The notes beneath the pieces are model-generated. The model was given only the letters and a program-made list of their open reading frames with translations, was not told where the DNA came from and did no database searches. The position numbers were made by a program, and so were the translations under genes. Shown in pieces: positions 51,788-64,000 of a stretch of 64,000 bases of DNA (its first letter is position 1; each line of letters begins with the position of its first letter). The stretch is from Octopus sinensis (Eukaryota): the NCBI RefSeq assembly GCF_006345805.1, contig NC_043008.1, positions 43,896,001 to 43,960,000 of the forward strand, read 5' to 3'.

Positions 51788-52761
51788 GAACATATATATA
51801 TATACTTGAAATTTATAGAAAAAACAGAAGACGAAGACAGACAGGCGTATGCTGGTGTTTGGTCATTCTATACATAGGTACACACGTACAAATAAGGTTC
51901 CATTAATTCTATGCAGGTATCATGAACTACCTGATACAAGGTGCTGTTGTTATGGTCGTGATTATCAGTCTGGACTGATAGAGCAGGTGTACGATCAAAC
52001 GAATTCCAGCAATGGCTGACCTCTATATCTTCCTAAATAATATAACTATGGTGATATTTATGAAACCTATGGCTTTCATATTTTTTAATTAATAATCTCC
52101 ACTTTGAGCAAGATATTTCTATTATTTCTAGCTCCACAAAGAGCCATATAGGAGCCACTTTTAGACATTAAATCGAAAAATGTATATTCTGCAGTGCTTA
52201 CTGTATTTCGATTAACGAAGCATGCAATGGCGGCCCAATGAACCGTTACGGATTAGCACATATTTGCATTGATTCCAATGCAGTGTTTATCACTTTACAA
52301 ACACCACGTAAATAAGGGTTAATCAGATTCTGCAACCATAATGAAATCATATTCTCCCGTGGAGAATGCTGCGAGACGAATAGGTTCTGCTTTGCTGATT
52401 CCACCCACGTAATCTACAAAACTAATGTGATTCCAGACACAGCCTGTTCATATGTGCATACATAAATACATGCATACATGAGTCTGTGTGCTTCGTGTGT
52501 GTTTGTGTGTCTGCGCTAACACTTATGCGTATATGTCTGCATTTATGTAGATCTATATGTAAACATATACATCCACACACACACATCTATATACGAATAT
52601 GTACATAAATATATATATACATATATGTATATATATAAGTATATATATATAAACATATATATATACATACATATCTGTATAAATATAAATTCATTTATAT
52701 ATATGCATACATATATAAATATATTCATACATATATATGTGAATATAGATATATGTATACG

Positions 52762-52793
<32 letters not shown>

Positions 52794-52806
52794 TATATGC
52801 ATTGTA

Positions 52807-52857
<51 letters not shown>

Positions 52858-53034
52858 TATGTCTATATGTATGTATACTCACATATATACACATATATAT
52901 ATATATATATATATACATATATACGTACATATATACATTTATATATATATACATATAGGCATGTATATATATACATATATACATATATATTCATATACAG
53001 ATATATTCATATACATACATAAATACAAACATTC

Positions 53035-53065
<31 letters not shown>

Positions 53066-53494
53066 CACACTCGTGCACACGCACACACAAACACACACAC
53101 TTATATGTATATGTACATAAAAATAGATGCACACCTATATTTATTGCATATATATATATCATGAAATAACATGTACTATAATATTAGGGATTGATATATG
53201 TCGAAACTATCTGATTATGTTGCTAATCTGTATATTTTAAGCATCGGTGTGTATCAATGCATTCTAAATATATTTAAAATAATATCACTATTCATACACG
53301 CACACACACACACAAACTCACACATACACATATGAACTGAAGGGGAGACAGATATAAATAGAAATTGATATAGATATAGGTATTGATATATGTATGTGTG
53401 TGTATTTACACGTACGGCTACACATGCACGTATACACACACAAGCATGCATAGAAATGTATGTCTGTTTGAATACAGTGTGAAAAAAAGGAAGA

Positions 53495-53554
<60 letters not shown>

Positions 53555-53610
53555 GTGTGTATGTGTGTGTGCGTGATGTGGGTACAGCCAAAAACACAAA
53601 GACACAGAAA

Positions 53611-53820
53611 CATGTGACTTCGTGTGTACCGTTGGCGATTTTTTTCCTCTGTCTTCCCGTCTATGGATCTTTCCTTCTCCTATCTTTCCGACGAAGAGCT
53701 CCGCTCGAAACGATAAACCCTCCTTCTTTCCTTCTTTCCTGAACGTCCAATAATACTATATTTGTTCCACGTCCTCGCGTTGTTGTGTTTTGTTTTGTCC
53801 TTTCTTGTTTGGATTAACTA
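53611..53820 (+). mobile_element. Penelope-like family P1 copy
   Basis: Collinear with 10931 and 32622; the hammerhead-like motif at 53684-53718 has GAU in place of GUU. Confidence 0.78.
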
Positions 53821-54233
53821 ACCACACCACACACACACACACACACACACACACACCACACACATATATATAATTATATATATATATATATATAATATAT
53901 ATATAGATATATATATATATATATACATAAGCAGATATTGATTATACGGTGAGAATTAAGTGAATGTGGTCCTTAGATAGTAAGGCACCAAGGTCGAGTG
54001 AATGATCTCTGTCGCATACAAAGCAAAATTAGAGGAATATATACGTACATATGGGAGTACCAACAGATTAATATATTTCAGTTACATATATGATCACAAG
54101 TGCTCATCTGAATGTGACACAAGTTATGCTGTATCAATCGTACCACACTTAATAATCTCCAGATCTACGCTAACTGAAGTTGCCAAGCAGGGTGAATAAT
54201 AAACAAAAAACAACAGATGGATAGTAGTTCACT

Positions 54234-54479
54234 CATTACAGCTGTTTCAGATATGTTTTTTTTTATTGCTGAATAACCTTATTACGTCATGTGAAAAAAA
54301 CCGTTTCCCTGGTCAAAGTTTTCCAGGAAATCAGAAAATGGTACATATTTGGATTCGTGGAATGTTTGGCTGAAATATTTAATTCGTGCATATATTCACA
54401 TGATAAAAATCATTTTTGTTTCACATGATGTAATAATTCTATTCCCCAATAAAAAAACAGGTCTGAAACAGCCGTAGTG
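54234..54479. mobile_element. MITE with about 70-bp imperfect TIRs and a CACTAC-like terminus
   Basis: CATTACAGCTGTTTCAGA... pairs with ...TCTGAAACAGCCGTAGTG. Confidence 0.75.
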
Positions 54480-54519
54480 AATAAACCAGTCTCCATCTTT
54501 TTTGTTATTTGTTTATATA

Positions 54520-54950
54520 TATGGCCAAGCCTGACCTTTCTTTCTTCAATCGGCCGCCATCCGCGCAACATCTATATTCTTCCCTGTGTCTGTGAAATCG
54601 TTTATCCCTGCCGTAAGGATTAATTTCCACGCACGCCGACTTAATTTAATCCGTCCTTAGTCGAAAGACACCTGTTGTCATGTCCTGTTATTTGTATTTG
54701 TGTAACATTCTCCGTTTTTTCCGTCGTAGTTTTCGTATACATTCGCTGCTTTCTTCCAAGGAATCTAATGCTCTTAGTTTAGTTTATCCTTGGGACTGGC
54801 CTGATTGGAGTAACCTCGGGTATAACCAGCCGAAATTGCAAAGATATTCTGGAACCCGACTGAAGGAAGAAAACTCCAAATGACCCTTCCTTGTTTTTTG
54901 TATCATATATCTGGATGTTTTGCGTTCTTGTCCCATTTAGTATTATATAT
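54520..54950 (+). mobile_element. TA-flanked dispersed repeat (family P3), longer copy
   Basis: The 3' 260 bp are homologous to 36930-37190. Confidence 0.65.
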
Positions 54951-55049
54951 GTATGAATGTATGCATGTATGTATGTATATATGTATGTATGTTTGTATGT
55001 ATATGTGTGTGTGTATGCCTGTGCGTTTGTGTGTAACACAAGGCATAAA

Positions 55050-55367
55050 TAATGGTCATTATATATTTATCTTTATTGCAGTAGGTTTGACTTACAGCTC
55101 TTTTTAGTAGCCATTATGTGTCCGTTATTGATAGGTTTACTCGATCGGCCCATTGACCGCTTGCGAAAAATTGAATGACCTACAAACTGAATGCTACTTT
55201 CGTCATTTCTCTAACGAAAGTACCATTAGTTTTCTAAGTCATTTAATTGTTCTCAATCAATCAATGGTCCGATTGAGTAAACCCATCAACAACGAACCCA
55301 TAATGACTGCGAGAAAGTTTTGTAAGTAAAGTCTACTATAAAACAGGGAAATATGTAATGGCCATTA
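55050..55367. mobile_element. Old foldback/MITE with about 105-bp diverged inverted arms
   Basis: 55050-55156 aligns with the reverse complement of 55261-55367 (for example GGTTTACTCGATCGGCCCATTGA / TCAATGGTCCGATTGAGTAAACC); the terminal TAATGGCCATTA is itself palindromic. Confidence 0.75.
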
Positions 55368-57194
55368 TTTGTTCCTTGTCTTGTTTATCACTCGATGTTA
55401 AAATCAGTATAACTGGGAAACAGCCATGGATCTATAGTATAGAATGGTGATCAACTATAACCTCCGACCTGGGCAGAAGTCTACGTGGGGCTCTTTACTA
55501 ATCTAAACAATTTTGTTAGCCTGGTGTACTAACAGAGAGCTTACTAAATATTTTGCTCGGATTGATAATACCTCACTAATAACTATATATACATGTATAT
55601 ATTAATATATATGTATACGTGTATACATATATACATACAAACATACATACATACAAACATATAATATATAATATATATATATATATATTTATATATAAAT
55701 ATATATATACATACACACAAACACAACACACACACACATATATATATTTATATATATTATACATATATATATAGCATATACATGCATTTGTGTATCTGAG
55801 TGCGTTGTTGTCACGTGCATGTACGTTCATATATATATGTATTATATGTATAGATATTATATATATATATGTATATATATTCAATGTATTGTATATACAG
55901 AGAGAGAGAGAGAGAGTGGGATGAGAGAGAGGGGAGAAAGAAATATGTATTTGATTAAATATGTGTATGTCTTTGTATGTATTTTTGTATATGTATATAT
56001 CTTTCTGTTTATCTGTCTGTCTGTCAGTACGTATTTATGTACGTATGTTTGTTTGTTTGCATGTATATAGACAGTTTATATATATTACCCACAGGACCAA
56101 TTGAGATAGATTCGAGAAAGTGAATCTTTGGTGAAATGTCCGCTCGATACTTCTATTTTATCATTGGAATTACTTTGGAAGCAGTTCACACTATTCAAGT
56201 GATGTATCCCCTTGATATTTAAGTGGATGTTAAACATGTCTGCTGGAAACTTCTCTTGAAAGAAGACAATATGGATAATAAAACATTGATTGTTGCTTTA
56301 TATTTCGACAATGAATTGACTGAAAGTTATCACACTTGCCATGGAGCACGTACGGCACGGACGAAACACATCAGAGAATATTTGTCTTAACTACGAAAAG
56401 AGCAATTTCTTATTGCGAATCACACTTACACAAAGACTATACTCATGAGAGATGGAGAATAAGAGAGAGTGGGAAAGAGATAGAAAGAGAGAGAGAGAGA
56501 GAGAGAGATACAGAAAGAAATAGAGATAAGGAGTGTTCTGTTTCATTACTAACAAGTTATTGATAACATTATAAAGTAATTTGTATATAATAATTAATTT
56601 GTATATTAACTGAAGGCAAGAGCTTCGAGGTGTGATGTAGTGGTTTATAGAAGAACTGTGAGTTGCGAGATCGCGAGTTCCATTTCTAAGTCAACGACAA
56701 TAGGATGTGTTTATGAAGAAGGCACTTGAAATTGAAGAAGACAGTCAACCAATAGGGTGCAATCTCTGTTGTCTTTCGACTAATCAGAAACAGCATCAAA
56801 TTTGCTCTTTAACCTCACCTTAACATAGGAACGATCGTGGAGAGTCACATTGCAATCAATGCCTCACAATGTGCCCTCAAATCCTTGCAAAAGATGTAGA
56901 AGCACCGTCGGGAAATGCTATACATCTTTGACACTTTTTAAATACATAAGGGATCCTAGTCCTTTCCAGGTATGATCAACCATAGCGGATGTTTCAAGAA
57001 GCAAGATAAACACAGAAAAAATGAGAGATAAAGAAGAATTAATTCCAGGACCATTCTGGTACATTATTTCTTGACCAGAAAAGGAAGATAGGTAAATTTG
57101 ACCTCGCCGTCATTTTAAGGGGCCGCATATAGTATATGATGCTCTAACAAGTCTGCGAACTGATGGAGTAGACCTAACGCTAATGAACGCTAGA

Positions 57195-57490
57195 GATGCC
57201 GTTATAACGAATAGATTGCAATCTTAATGTCTTTGATCATAGAATTGCTCAAAGAGACTTGACCTGGGATTAAACAATAGCGACAACTTTATGGTCACTG
57301 TTTCGGTTCGTTTGGTAACCGGAAGTCCGCTCAAATAAAACTGGCCCGGGGCTAAACAATAGTAACAATGATGTGATCATAGTTTCAAGTCATTTGTTCT
57401 CAGTCTTTCTCAAAGAGGACTAACCTGGGACCAAGGAAGAAGAACAAATGTGATGTAATAAGAATTGCAAGGCCTTTGATAATAGAAATA
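57195..57490 (+). repeat. Two to three degenerate tandem copies of a short dispersed-repeat tail
   Basis: Recurrent GATCATAG...CTCAAAGAG-ACT..CCTGGG / GGGGCTAAACAA motifs; similar text at 34230-34310. Confidence 0.45.
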
Positions 57491-58770
57491 GTAAAAGGTT
57501 ATGCAAGAGCGACAACAACAACAACAAAAATAACAAAATAATAATGACGATGATGCCTTTCATTTTGAAACTTTTCAATCAGTGGTGACCTCTGCTAAAG
57601 ATCAGCAACAATAAGGCCCATAAGAGCGCATTAGTGAACCTATGAACTCACAACGAACGCAACATCCCGTTTACATGTCTAAAGAAATATGGGTATTCGC
57701 TTCTTTCTTCTTTTTCTTAATATTATTTCATTAACAACTAATCGTTTCTTTTGTCATTTAATTGCGGATCACTGACTTATTAATTAATTAGTTGATTCAT
57801 GTATATTTAATGTAAATTTCATATGGACTTCTTAATTAAAACGCCTTTCATTTATATTCAGGTTAATTTTCTATTCATTTCATTTGATTTTATTTTTTAT
57901 CACAATTAACTTTAAAGTTAAATTGAAACAACTTCATAACGATTTTGTAATAAATACATTTGATTTCTCGTTGGACTAAATCTTAAATTCAAGCGTTTCG
58001 ATAAAAATTCAGCTAGGGAAAACATGAAGCATAAATATCATAGGCAGCGGAGAAGAAACCATTCTTTCCAAAGAATGAAGGGTATTATCGATTGATGGAA
58101 CCTATTTATTTTACTAACCTATCCACTTGATCATTTCCCTGACGATGGAGCATTGCCCATCGAAGACTTTTCCCATTGTTCTCGTTTCTTGGTTGTCTTT
58201 TCTGGAACTCCCCAGTAGAATCCCTGTCCTTTCAGCCCTGCCTCAGGATTCTACATCCATCTATAATTAGGGTGCCCTCTCTTTCTCTTCCCTTGTGGAT
58301 TACTGGTTAGATTGTTTGTGCTCCTGAGGGAAAACCGTCTTCTTCTTGAATTTTCATGAAGCTCTTGTAATTTTTTGTCTTGCTTTATCCATAATGAGTC
58401 TAAAATAACCGTTACGTAAAATTCTCTTTCATACGTACAGAGTTGGAAATGGTTAGTGCTGGTGTTTACCGTTGCCTCGTGTTAAGTATATTATTATCTT
58501 CAATAAACAAATGACAATTGAAATACCTTCCACGGAATAAACGCATAGAAATATGCAGGTAATACATGTACACAAATACACTGGTATATGTATGTCCCTG
58601 TCTCAGTTAAACAGTTGAATATATACTTATATAAATGTGTGCCTATATATATGTATGTATATATATATATGCATATATATAACAACAGCAAAACTAGAAA
58701 TAATAGTAATAATATACAAATATATATATATGTATGTATGTGTGAAGGTATATATATATATATAATATAT

Positions 58771-58887
<117 letters not shown>

Positions 58888-59059
58888 ATATATATGTGTA
58901 TATATATATATCTATATACAGATACACACACACATAGGGTTGGCCTCACCTGATTCTTCACCAGAGGTGTGGTATTTAATTAATTAATCTTTCTTGTTTT
59001 CTTACGTCACTAACTTAATGTGCACTTCACATACGTACAGACACATATATATGCATATA

Positions 59060-59093
<34 letters not shown>

Positions 59094-59569
59094 CATAGAT
59101 GCATATGCATATATATGTATATATACATGCATACACACATATATATACATATATAGATACATACATATATACATGCTTACGTACACACACACATATATAC
59201 ATGTATATATACCTACATACATACACACACATATATATATATATATATTAATGTAAGCACACACATTTTGACAGTGCAAATATTTTTAGAAGATTCAAGA
59301 AATAAAACACCATATGACAGCTGTAATATCTTCACTTTCTTAATTGTTGTTTTAAACAATGTATGTTGAGAGCGTCAGAAAATCCAGGAAAAACTGTGTA
59401 AAGGCTAAATCGATCGTATCATTAATATTATGTGTTGAGACTTCCTTTAATTACAAACACTGATTCGATGCTCGAATAAACGGAAGAATGTTCTAACATT
59501 AACAACGTCTATGTCATTTCTCACTGAGGTTCATCTGGTTGAGTAAGTGTTTCTATACAGGTGAATCTA

Positions 59570-59572
59570 CTC

Positions 59573-59613
<41 letters not shown>

Positions 59614-59825
59614 TATTATTATTATCATCATCATCATCATCATCATTATTATTATTATTATTATTATTGTTATTATTGTCATCATCATCATTATTATTAT
59701 TATTATTATTATTATCATTATTATCATCATCATCATCATCATCATCAATCATCATCATCATCATCATCATCATTATTATTATTATTTTTATCATTATTAT
59801 TATTGTTATTATCATCGTCATTATT
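59570..59825. repeat. Compound (TTA)n/(TCA)n microsatellite
   Basis: Visible tandem triplets. Confidence 0.95.
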
Positions 59826-60099
59826 ATTCCAGCGCATATAAGACGCAGCTGTATCGCAACATTTCATCTTAAAAACTAACGTCATAAAAAATTGTAAAAC
59901 TGTGTAATCCGTAGAAAACATATCAAAATAGAAGAAAGAGACAAGATACAAATATTTCAATTTGGTCGAGAAAATCGGTTTCAAAACTGTCGAAAGCTGT
60001 TTATTTGGATGGTTGATTTCGAAACGATTACAATTAACATCGTACTTTCTGATTCTTTGATTTAAAATTATATCAGCTTTGATGGATTATTCACAGTTT

Positions 60100-60337
60100 A
60101 CTCTCTGTTGGTTACGATGCCAAGGGTTCCAATCGATGCGGTCAATACGACATAGAATTAAAACGCAAGTGGCCGAGTACTCCACAGTCTCGCTAATTTT
60201 TAACGTAGTTCTCGCGGAGATTCAGTGTGACACCTTGGGCAAGTGTCTTCTACTATAGCCTCAGGTCGACCAAAGCCTTGTGAGTGGATTTGGTTGACGG
60301 AAACTGTAACAAGCCCGTCGTATATACGTATACATAC

Positions 60338-60432
<95 letters not shown>

Positions 60433-60464
60433 CTTATATATATATATTATATATATATATATAT

Positions 60465-60559
<95 letters not shown>

Positions 60560-60780
60560 TGTATGCGTGTATATGTTTGTGTGTCTGTGTTTGTCCCTCC
60601 AACATCACTTAACAACCGATGCTAGTGTGTTTACGTCCCTGTAACTTAGCGGTTCGGCAAAAGAGACCGATATAATAAGTACTAGGCTTACAAAGAATAA
60701 GTTCTAGGGTCGATTTGCGCGATTAAAGGCGGTGCTCCAGCATGACGACAGTCAAATGACTGAAATAAGTAAAAGAGTAA
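60100..60780. mobile_element. Composite: SINE C tail (minus, 60100-60232) fused to a 5'-truncated SINE B (plus, 60226-60780)
   Basis: The sequence switches families within GTGACAC. Confidence 0.78.
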
Positions 60781-60789
60781 CGCTAGCCC

Positions 60790-60950
60790 TGTAGCATACA
60801 AAAACAGGCACCACTCATTTTTTCCAACTTAATGAACTGGAGCAGTCTGAAATAAAGCAACCTGCTGAAGAGACGCAGCGTACCGCCGGGAATCGAAATC
60901 ACGGTCTTACGAATGCGAACCGAATACCCTAAGAAGTAAGCCACGTACCT
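60790..60950 (-). mobile_element. tRNA-derived SINE family D (CORE-like)
   Basis: Minus strand GTGGCTTACTTCTTAGGGTATTCGGTTCGC...GATTTCGATTCCCGGCGG...TTTATTTCAGACTGCTCCAGTTCA. Confidence 0.65.
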
Positions 60951-61436
60951 TCACTAGATTATTCATATCTGACAGCGTTATGGTTGATACCAGTTTAATG
61001 GTTTACCTTGGGACAAACATATCTTCTGCGCATTATTGTATCAACCATTTCAAATTACGCTCACAACCTTGGAGGAATATAATGATTCTGCTCCAAATAT
61101 GATGGGGTCATTTGAATTGTAAGAAACATATCCCGTGTATAAATTACATTGGAAAAGTAGGAAGAGGCAAATCAATTCTTTAATTTAAAACTCAGTGTTG
61201 TATTTTGGATCATTATGGCTTAGGTATCAACGTTTATAATCAGGAAATTGCCAAACCGACCCTTGGCTGGCACCAAATTCTTCGAACGATACGGCTTCTT
61301 ACAAGTATAACGACATCCTTAACTAAAAGCATGGAACTGGGGAATTTTCGAGTATTTGCGTTATGTGAATCAGGAACTCATGTATTAATGATACTGGTAC
61401 CCTGAGAAAGAAAATAATTGTTCCAGATTATTTTTA

Positions 61437-61575
61437 TTGCCCAAGGCCGGCAAGTTTGTTGGAAGAGGATCAGCCGATTACATTAATCTTCCGTGCCCGA
61501 CTTCTTATTTTTAGCGACCACGAAAGATCGAAAGGCATAATCGACTTCGGCTGAATTTGAACTCAGAACATGAAA
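61437..61575 (-). mobile_element. Degenerate SINE family A fragment
   Basis: GAAAGATCGAAAGGCATAATCGACTTCGGCTGAATTTGAACTCAGAAC matches the reverse core. Confidence 0.7.
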
Positions 61576-61833
61576 ACAAAAAAGAAAAAGAAAAAAAGAA
61601 AACGGAAGGAATACTGTCCAAAACTGCCTTGTCCAAAACTTTAAAGATTCAGTCAGCTTGCTACTCACATAACAACTGAAAATAATGAGATTCTAATTCC
61701 AACGCCGCTCGAGGAAGACATTCTGCGTTGAGTGATTTCTTGATAAGCATGTCTTAAAGTGAATTATATAGATGAGTTTTGCTAAGAAAGCTATCATAAA
61801 TTCGGAAGCAGCTATCATATTTCCAAATCAAAG

Positions 61834-62020
61834 TCGACGAGTTGGCAGAAGCGTGATCGCTTCGGACAGCGCTCTGAGTTCAAATTCCGCCGAGGTCGAC
61901 CTTACCTTTCATCCTTTCGGAGTCAATAAATTAAGTACCAGCTGCGTACTGAGGTGGATCTAATCGACTGGTATCCTCCCTATAAATTTCGGACCTTGTG
62001 TCTAGAGAAGAAAAGAATAT
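61834..62020 (+). mobile_element. SINE family A with the alternative tail and an internal deletion
   Basis: GAGTTCAAATTCCGCCGAGGTCGAC core; tail AAATTTCGGACCTTGTGTCTAGAGAAGAAAAG. Confidence 0.85.
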
Positions 62021-62374
62021 ATGGCAACTTCAGACTGACTGATTTGTCCATGTGTGTGTGTGTGTGTGAAAGTGTGTGTGTGTGTGATGGCGAACAGAAG
62101 AAGACAGTCAGAGGGAATGATAGCAAAGTGTTCAATCGATATACACATCGGTAACCATATTTTTCAAATTATGTTCTCAAGGCATACCGTAATTAGGAAT
62201 ATATTATCTAGAATGTTACTTTTTATGAGGTTAGATTGTGGTTTCATGCGGAATTGGATGCTGTTGGTGGCGGGTCACATGTAGGCGCCAAATTAGCTAA
62301 CGATACGCAAGGTGGCCTAAGGCTCTCTTCTTAAGCGGCAGTGTTCACATGAGCCTCTCTCGCTCGGTGCATGT

Positions 62375-62470
62375 GTGTGTGTGTGTTTGTCTATGTGTGT
62401 GAGTTTGTCTGTGTGTGTGAGCTTGTATGTGTGTGTGAGTTTGTCTCTGTGAGTGTGTTTGTCTGTGTGT
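62375..62470. repeat. 18-bp minisatellite (TGTGTGAGTTTGTCTGTG-like), about 5 copies
   Basis: Visible period of 18; produces THTDKL repeats in ORF 62317..62589. Confidence 0.8.
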
Positions 62471-63306
62471 GTAGGTATAATCGAGTGCTTGTGAGGTAAG
62501 TGATAATGAAAGATAGAGAGAAAGTGAGAAAGATATATTATTGATTTAGTGTTAGTAAAACTAATAAAAAACCTGGCACGAATTGGCAATATTGTCTATG
62601 CTTTACAGGAACGGAGGAAACATGAGATTTATTCACAGAATTAAACATTTAGAGTATCATGAATATATTTAATAATAAATTAATAACTCAGCGGTATATG
62701 TTAGCAGGGAAATAGCGGCTAAATAAACAGGAGGAAATTGTTATAAATACACTCTTAGAACTGGCAATGGATTTTAAAATACTGTTATGTATAAATAAAT
62801 AACATTATTTGCGTTGCTATGATGCTCCAATAATTATTACGAACGATCACGGATATTATTAATCTCGTTCGGTTGAATAGATATTGATAGACGGAGAACA
62901 TACTTTTACTTGTAAATCAACAGAAAATTTTACTATATCCGTGAATAATATATTTCGGTCACGCTTGTTAAGGAAGACATTCCGTTATGTCCGCGACAAA
63001 CGCTTACAGCCCACGCCTGACGCCTACGTCTTTTTATTCGTCCGATGATGTTATGTTAGTACACAGTCGAACAGGATAAAGGTAATATACGTAGGCGTCA
63101 ACATAGTACAAACTGTGATAGTTCAGTAAGGAAAACAATTATATTTTCATGAATGAATTCATCAGAACAACGATTGGTCTCATTCGTTATTGCTATAGGT
63201 GTAGTCTTAATTAATTAATATTGCTTAATTTAGACAGTCATACTTACATACAAATATATGTATATATATATATATATATGTATGTATATATGTATGTATA
63301 TATGTA

Positions 63307-63358
<52 letters not shown>

Positions 63359-63384
63359 GACACACACATATATATCTTGTATTT

Positions 63385-63905
63385 TTTTATTCACTCGTTG
63401 GAATATGGCTGTGCTGGAGCAACACCCTAAAGTGTTTGGTCACACAAATCGACCCTGGAATTCATTTTTAAACCATATACTTATTCCATCGGGTACTCTT
63501 TGCCGAACGGATAAGTTACAGTGATGTAAACAAACCAACATCTTTGGTCAAACGATGGTGCTGTCGAACACAAGCACACACACTCATAAGTATTTACTCA
63601 TTTGTGTATACAGATATACATATATATATATACATATACCATCAATCTATCTATCTATCTAACTACACATACATATCCATGCATTGATGTATACATATAT
63701 TTTATTATTTATAAACACACACACATACATTGGCAGCAACAACAAAAATAACAACAACAAACACACACGCACACAAATAAACATATTTGCACAAAAGGGC
63801 TTCTTTCAGTTTCTGCTTACCATATTGACACACAAGAATTTGCTTGCCTCGGGACGAGGGAGGGAACACTTGCCCGAGGTGCCGCCTACTGAGATGCGAT
63901 ACTTT
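63385..63905 (-). mobile_element. Old degenerate SINE family B (tail 63385-63575, head 63790-63905)
   Basis: Family-B landmarks in order, separated by an expanded microsatellite. Confidence 0.6.
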
Positions 63906-64000
63906 CTCTACTTGTTCTGGTATGTGTGTACCTGTATTTATGTATGAATGTATGTATGTATGTATGTATGTATGTATGTATGTATGTATCTATCTATCTC

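Noticed and set aside
57700-58050. TAAT/ATTA-dense stretch as a homeodomain enhancer
   Set aside because: Expected from the AT content; there is no conservation evidence available
58135-58175. CTGACGATGG...CCATCGAAGAC hammerhead-like motif
   Set aside because: The stem overlaps the core, GAAA is absent and there is no stem I

Overview
This window is AT-rich, microsatellite-saturated eukaryotic DNA. The SINE families suggest a cephalopod (octopus-like) genome; that is inferred from sequence style and was not checked against a database. I found no convincing host protein-coding gene, and almost all tracked ORFs are microsatellite or antisense artefacts. The recognisable content is decayed mobile DNA: four tRNA-derived SINE families in many copies, Tc1, mariner and DUF4817-type transposase remnants, 3' fragments of three LINE types (R4/Dong-like REL endonuclease next to (TAA)n, CR1/L2-group, and an RTE-like tail with tandem C2H2 fingers), three Helitron-like non-autonomous elements, and four foldback elements. 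The most notable signal is a set of hammerhead ribozyme motifs in Penelope-like repeats. One is a complete type I hammerhead at 44925-45010 in one arm of a 370-bp near-perfect inverted repeat, whose other arm carries a damaged antisense twin. Several minimal, dimer-type hammerheads lie at about 11.0, 26.1, 32.7, 41.6 and 53.7 kb. All base pairings and translations were done by eye, and element boundaries are approximate.
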